Source of the DNA: Salpingoeca rosetta
Lineage: Eukaryota; Protista; Choanoflagellata
Assembly: GCA_033442325.1 (NCBI GenBank)
Contig: JAWQFM010000007.1
Span: 1,396,351-1,460,350, forward strand
Reading direction: 5' to 3'
Length of the DNA stretch: 64,000 bases
Under the pieces are notes generated by a model. That model saw only the letters and a list, made by a program, of their open reading frames with translations, ran no database searches and was not told the origin of the DNA. Positions 58,002-64,000 of this stretch are shown here, one piece after another. A program made the translations under genes and the position numbers. How positions within the stretch are numbered: the first letter of the stretch is position 1; every line of letters starts with the position of its first letter.

Positions 58002-58985
58002 ATTGTTGTCAACGCCATACCGCCGCCACCACCACCACCACTACTGCTTCTCCTCCCTTCCACTCACACACGCACACTCAACCTTTCACCTACGTCGCTG
58101 TCTCACTTGTAACCCCCCCCCCTCCCTTCAACACACACTCCTGTGTCTGTCTGTGCGCAGACAAGGAGCCGAAGCGGTCAAAGCAGTCGTCTGGGCGCGG
58201 GTCATCGCGCAAGGACAAGGACAAGGACGGCGCGGGCAAGAGTGCCTCCTCTGGCGGAAAATCAAAGGGGCCTCGCTCTGCACACTCCGCCAAGAAGGCC
58301 GCCGCCGCCATGGCCGCAACTGCGGCACAGCAGCTCGCAGAGTACGCTTGCATTGCGGGGGCGGTGTGTGTGTGTGTCTGTGTGTCTGTGTGTGTGTGTG
58401 TCTGTTTGTCTGTCTGTCTGTCTGTCTGCCTGTGCACCTGTTCACCTGTCTGTGCCCGTTTGTGTGCCCTGCTCTGTGTTCTATTCGTTCCTATGCCCGT
58501 GTGCTTGCGCGCTGTGCGTTGCTGACCGTGCACATCATTGTTGCCTTGCGTGTGATGTCCATAGGCCCAGCCTAACAGAGCTGCTGAGCAAATATGTGCG
58601 GCACCGCCCTCCCGTGTGCGACATCATGTATGGCCGCAAGGACCACATGAAGACGTGGGCAGAAACGGTGCGTGTCTTGGTCGCGTATCTCTGTCTGTCC
58701 GTCCGTCCGTCTGTCTGTCGTTCTGTTTGTCTGTCTGTGTGCTCGCTTGTCCCTTTGTTGCCTTGCACGTGCAATGTAACAGGTGCTCGTCTTGTTCGTC
58801 GGCGCAGGGTGTTCCCGGCCACTTCAAGCGCCCATCCGATGTCAAAGTGGAGAGAACCACGCCCACCTTTGATGACATTGTGCGCGATGAAGGCTTTGAA
58901 GCTCGTCGCACGGTGCGTTGTCGACACAAAGAGGGGTGGGGCAGCACGCCAGGGTGCATTGTGCCATTGCGATTGCTTGGGTTTA

Positions 58986-59016
<31 letters not shown>

Positions 59017-59804
59017 ATGCGTGTGTGTGTGTGTGTGTGTGTGTTTGTTGGTACGTGGGTGGTTCTCCTTGCCATTGCCTTTGTTTTTGGCGTGCTCATG
59101 TGTCGCTTTCGCGTACGCGTGTTTGCAGTCGGAGGCGAAGTTCCGCACGAAGATGGTGGTGCAGCAATTCGAGTCCATCTTCATCGATGACCAGGACACC
59201 ACCGAGCGCGTTCAGGCCCTGACTGAGGAAGTAGGTCCACTTGCAGGGTGTGGTGGTGGTCGTGGTCGTGGTGGTGGTGGTGGTCGTGGTCGTGGTCGTG
59301 GTGGTGAGCTTATGCAGCTTATGCAGCTTATGCGGCTCATGCAGCTTATGCAGCTTATATGCAGCCCACACTTGCACACTCACGCGCTTACACGTGCACA
59401 CCCTCTCTCGCGTTTGTTCAGCTTGACGAGGAGCGTGCGCATGTCGTGGATTCGCTGTCCAAGGACGATGCAGAGAAGCTTGAGTCTTGCATCGACTACC
59501 TCAAGGTGCGTGCTGAGGCACTGTCACCCGTGTATGTCACCGATTGCATGCGTCCTTGACGTCGCCCGTTATTGTTGCTGTGGGTGGCCCCCTTGCTCAG
59601 CACATGTCAGCCCTTTGTTGGCCCGCCAACAGGCTCACGCTTTGTTCCATTGGCTGTTGGCTGTAGGAATGGGACACGGTCGCGCAGGAGCAGCGTGTTG
59701 CGCTTGACAAGTGCCTGCGCTCGTTTGAGAAGCTGCCAGACTCACAGCAAAGATCCATTGCATCCATGATTAACAAGCATGGCCCTAAGAGACCCCGTAG
59801 ATGA
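55963..59804 (+). CDS. Uncharacterised, probably nuclear protein: Q/M/P-rich N-terminus, basic linker, helical C-terminus; about 14 small exons
   Basis: Phase-consistent GT-AG exons 55963-56110, 56349-56383, 56539-56590, 56729-56772, 56950-57069, 57408-57431, 57681-57769, 57908-57930 and further exons, ending KHGPKRPRR-TGA at 59804. Confidence 0.7.
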
Positions 59805-60291
59805 GCCACCTCTGCCTGTGTGTGTGTGAGTGTGCAAGTGTGCACGCTGTTGTGTGCATGCTGTTGTGTACACGCTGTTGTGTGCATGCTGTTGTGTACA
59901 CGCTGTTGTGTACACTTAAGCGTTGTTTTCGTCTCTCGGCTACACCGTCTGCTGTCCGCCCTGCGTATCCTTCTTCCTAGCACCGTCTTTCTTGGCTCTT
60001 TGAGGCCGCTCTCCCGTTCCCGCTCCTCTGCTGCACAATGGCCGTGTTAGTCACGTGTCTGCTGTACATAGCACCCCCGTTGTTGTATTTGCTGTTCTTT
60101 TGCTTGCCTGATGTCAATAAACGACCCACTCTGAGACAACCGGAGACAGATGGCTGTTTGGCACAATCACTCACTCACTCACTCACTCACTCACTCGCTC
60201 ACTCACTCACTCACTCACTCATAGACACAAGCAGCCTGCGTGTACAGGCCATTTTGGCGGGAAAATCACATCTCACAACATCACACAAGAC

Positions 60292-61209
60292 ATGGCCAAA
60301 CACAGAATGGCGGGAAAGCGAAACATGTAACGCGTGTTGTTGCTTTGCTACAGCGTTGGCTGGGGGTGGGACTGCGGCCGCTGGCGATGTTGCTGGTGCA
60401 TTCATCTTGTCGCTGGTCCAGCCAGTGTTCACGTCGTCGTCGATGCTCCTAGCTTGTGCAGCCAACACATACACGCTCCACCTCTCTCCTCTGCATAGGA
60501 TGGAGAAGCTACGCGTGAGACTGACCTCAGGGTTTGTCGCGCACTATGCAAAGATACCACACGGGAGCCCCTGCCCTTGGCTGGGCGACCAGCTCTCGCT
60601 TGGCTTCGAGCTTCGTGCAATCAGCAGTGAGTGGTATGCGGGTCGCTTGTTTCATCGTTTTTGATTCAGGTTTACGTGCTGCTGTTGACGCAGACACTCG
60701 ATCTTGCCGCCCTTGCTGCATCGTGGCCTCACACACACACACGCACAGACAGACAGACACACACGCGCGCGCGCGTGCACACACACACACTCTCTCTCTC
60801 TCTCTCTCGCTCGCTTGCTCGCTCGCTCACGTGCGCACACACACATACACACACTCTCCCATGGCATATCAGCTCTGCTGAAGGACGACGTTGTACAGCT
60901 TGGGCTGCCCACAATTGAGAGCCAGCATGGACAGTGCGTGCTGTTGTTTGCAGCAAAGACGAGTGTGTTCAAAGATGCACGGTTTCGAAAGCGAATTGCA
61001 AAGGCGGGCATGGCGCTCGTCGGTAAGCCACTGGATCCAAGTCTGCAGCAGATTCTCGCAGCACTGCACCTGCGGATCTTGGTCCACTCTCGGTTCTGGA
61101 CATGTGGCGACCACGCAAACTGGACATGGTTGCTCAAGGAGACCATCGCCACCCAAGGACCCCCACTTCCAGGTTGGCTGATGCGTGCATGTGTGTGCGC
61201 GTACGTTAG

Positions 61210-61241
<32 letters not shown>

Positions 61242-64000
61242 ATGTGCGCAAGTTGTAGACAGTTCTCTATGTACTCTGACATCACTGCTGTTCCTGGCAT
61301 GCTGCGCTCACGCCCTTTGCGCGACCACGCCCTGCAAGCCTGCATCATGTCCGTCGATGACCTTGGGGATGATGAGGACGATGGCGACGACGACGTCTTC
61401 TTCATTCACACAAGAGGCTGCCGTGTTGCAACACAGCCACTTCAGGTACGATAGACCACGCACACACAAGCTCCCCCCGCCACCCAACGTCTATTCACAC
61501 ATCCACATCCACATACACATACACATACACATACAAGCTTCAACATACACATACTCACACACATATAAGCGTAAACATACTCACGCACTCACATTCGTAC
61601 ACTTGTATTGAGAAGCTCGAAGCACTGTTGCCGACAGCAAGCCAGCGAGAGTCGTTCTTGGCCCAAGATCAAGCACATCCCATCGAAGAGGTATGGCACA
61701 ACATTCACAACAAGAACTAGAGGACGTGCTTCCACCTCCTTCTCCTCCTGTTCGTGCATGACTCGGGCTTCGTTCCGTTTTGCGCTCACCACGCAGCACC
61801 TACGCCCACAACAGCAGATTGGCCATGACTGCATTCACAACTACTCGTCTCACGCACGTACCAACCCTAACAACCACTTCCATACGCTGCCACCTTTCTC
61901 TTTACCTCCCTCTTGCAGATTTGCTGCTTCATGCTACCGTATGGAACACCGTGCAAGCTCGACCGCATCTTGCCTCCCCACGCTGTCAAGACCTCCTTCC
62001 TCAGCACTTACACCACCGTGGTACGAAAGTACACGCATACACACACACACACCTACGCATGCAAGCAGATCACTGCTGCTTGTACTGTCTCATTGCACCA
62101 TGTCATTCATACGACAGGATCAAGGGCAAAGGCACAGGGCACGTACTGCACGCAGAGCCCATATAACTGGCTTCTCCCACACCCACACGTAAACACACAT
62201 ACACGCACACACACGCACCCACACACGCACCCACACACACACGCACACAAACACGCCTGTGGACAGTGGAACAAGATGTTGCCAGACCCAGGGTTTGTTG
62301 GCCTGGTGGTGTTTCCGGGTGCTGCTTCTGCACAAGCGGTGCCTGGCAGCCTGCTGTTTACGTCTCGGCCAGCACCGATCATTGAAGGGCGCCAAGACCG
62401 CTTTGGGTATGTGTTCAGCATTCCAGCGTGCGCGATCCGCACCATCTCCTCTCAATATTGAACAACCACAAGCCACTCACTCACTCACTCACTCACTCAC
62501 TCAACTCACTCACTCAACTCACTCACCCACCAACGCCACCAATGATCATGTGCTCAGGGGTTCATACCTGCAGGAGATGAAAGAGGAGCTGAAAGCCGTC
62601 ATCAAAGGCATAGCGACCGTCGAGACCGGTGCGACCTGCAGACGTGCTGCTGGGTGTTGATGGCCAAGCAACGCGCAGCGCAGTGCAATGCGTCGATGAT
62701 GCGACACGGCAGATGGGTCGCACAATACAATGCAATCACCCATAAGAAGCACCGTGAATGTCGATACTTGCACGCACGACACCCACTCACGCATACACAC
62801 ACCACGTTCGCAGTGAACAAGCCAGCCCATGTACAAGGACTGTGGCCAGAGGAAGAGTGTTCACTTCGCCGCTACCTACGCGACTCCTTCGCGGCCAAAC
62901 TTGTCGATGATGACAAGAATACGGAGACAATGCCGCTCTCGTCTTCTTCCTCGCCCACAGCCCTGGGTCAGGATACGAGCAACGAGGGAGCCATCGGGAA
63001 GACCCCTCGTCCTCCACCCATCGTGCCTTCGTTCAAAGCCAGGCGACCAGTGCGTCACAACTCATCCGACTTGTGCTTTCTTGCTTTGTCCACACGCATC
63101 CTCTTTGCGTTGCTTGTCTGCAGCGCGCACACACACACACGCACACACACACACGCATGAACACACGCACACAAACACACACACATGATCATTCGCCAAA
63201 CCACACACACATGATCATTCGCCAAACCACACCCACACACCATCCTTCATACCCACACACCATACAACATATTCACACACGTGTGCTGTCACTCTCTCGC
63301 GTGTTCGTGTGGTGGCGCAGAAGGTGATAGCAGTGACAACAGCAGCGAAAGCAAAGAAGGCGTCATCAAAGTCCACGAAGAAGCGCCAGAGCACGAGCTC
63401 GTCATCATCATCAACATCAAGCACCCCATCCACCCCTTCGAGCAACGCCAAGACCAAGACGAAGCCCAAGCCAAAAGATTGCAAACGAAGACCATCAACA
63501 GCAGCTGGCAGTGCCGATAACGCGAGCGAGACACCAGCCACCAAGGAGGCATCTGCACATAGTGGAGGCGACTCTGCGGGCGTCCACACCCAAGCGACGA
63601 AGGATGGCACGGCAGAGCTGGTGGATAGCGAGGTGCCAGCGAAGAAGCCGCAGCCGAAGAGGAAGCAAACGAAGACCGCATCAGCGACGAAGCGAGGACA
63701 AGCGAGCAAGCAACACAGTAGCAGTGGTGGGGGGAACGGCGAGAAGAGGCGAGACGAGAAGCGTCAGGGCGGCGGTGATGCAGATGGCGAGGATGCAGTG
63801 ACTGGTGAGACGGCGGCGACACAGCAAGATACCGCCGGTGGCGACAAAGGTGACACATCGGCTGCATCACCTGATGCGCAACGCAGCAAGAAGACGACAA
63901 CGGCACGACCAAGCACGAAGAAGGCGACGACGAAGAAGACGACGACGAAGAAGAACAAGAACAAGAAGAAGGACGACAAGGATAAGGCAAAGTTGTTGGG
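60292..64000 (+). CDS. Multi-exon protein, possibly C18orf63/DUF4708-like, with a long Lys/Thr/Ser-rich tail running off the window
   Basis: ATG 60292 with phase-consistent first exons. Segments LLKDDVVQLGLP...KDARFRKRIAKAG...W, ALQACIMSV...FIHTRGCRVATQPL, CFMLP, WNKMLP...AVPGSLLFTSRP and GSYLQEMKEELKAVIKG are colinear with remembered C18orf63 blocks. The last exon is open from about 63321 to the window end. Confidence 0.5.

Overview
Eukaryotic genomic DNA: GC-rich, gene-dense and intron-rich, with introns and intergenic spaces full of (CA)n/(GT)n microsatellites. The animal-like gene set and this repeat style suggest a choanoflagellate, probably Salpingoeca rosetta (inference, not verified). 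Most short ORFs in the supplied track are microsatellite or antisense noise. After manual splicing I find 16 protein-coding genes, in order: a Pro-rich protein with a degenerate SH3 (5' partial), a Maf-like bZIP factor, a CXorf65/C22orf15-like protein, EXOC7/Exo70, an ASCIZ/ATMIN-like zinc-finger protein, a secreted DOPA-4,5-dioxygenase-family protein, NOL6/Utp22, BUD23, RPS9, eIF1A, an internally duplicated D/D-domain protein, PAXBP1/GCFC-like, POLR3G/RPC31, a BtaA-BtaB betaine-lipid (DGTS) synthase fusion, an unknown microexon-rich protein and a possible C18orf63/DUF4708-like gene (3' partial). There is a 100-N assembly gap. Highlights: a DGTS synthase in the A-B domain order (possible algal HGT); a possible pre-animal ASCIZ-LC8 circuit; introns bracketed by complementary GT/CA repeats, often without polypyrimidine tracts; a secreted DODA variant; and a candidate poison 3' splice site in RPS9. 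Family calls come from remembered motifs and were not confirmed by database searches.
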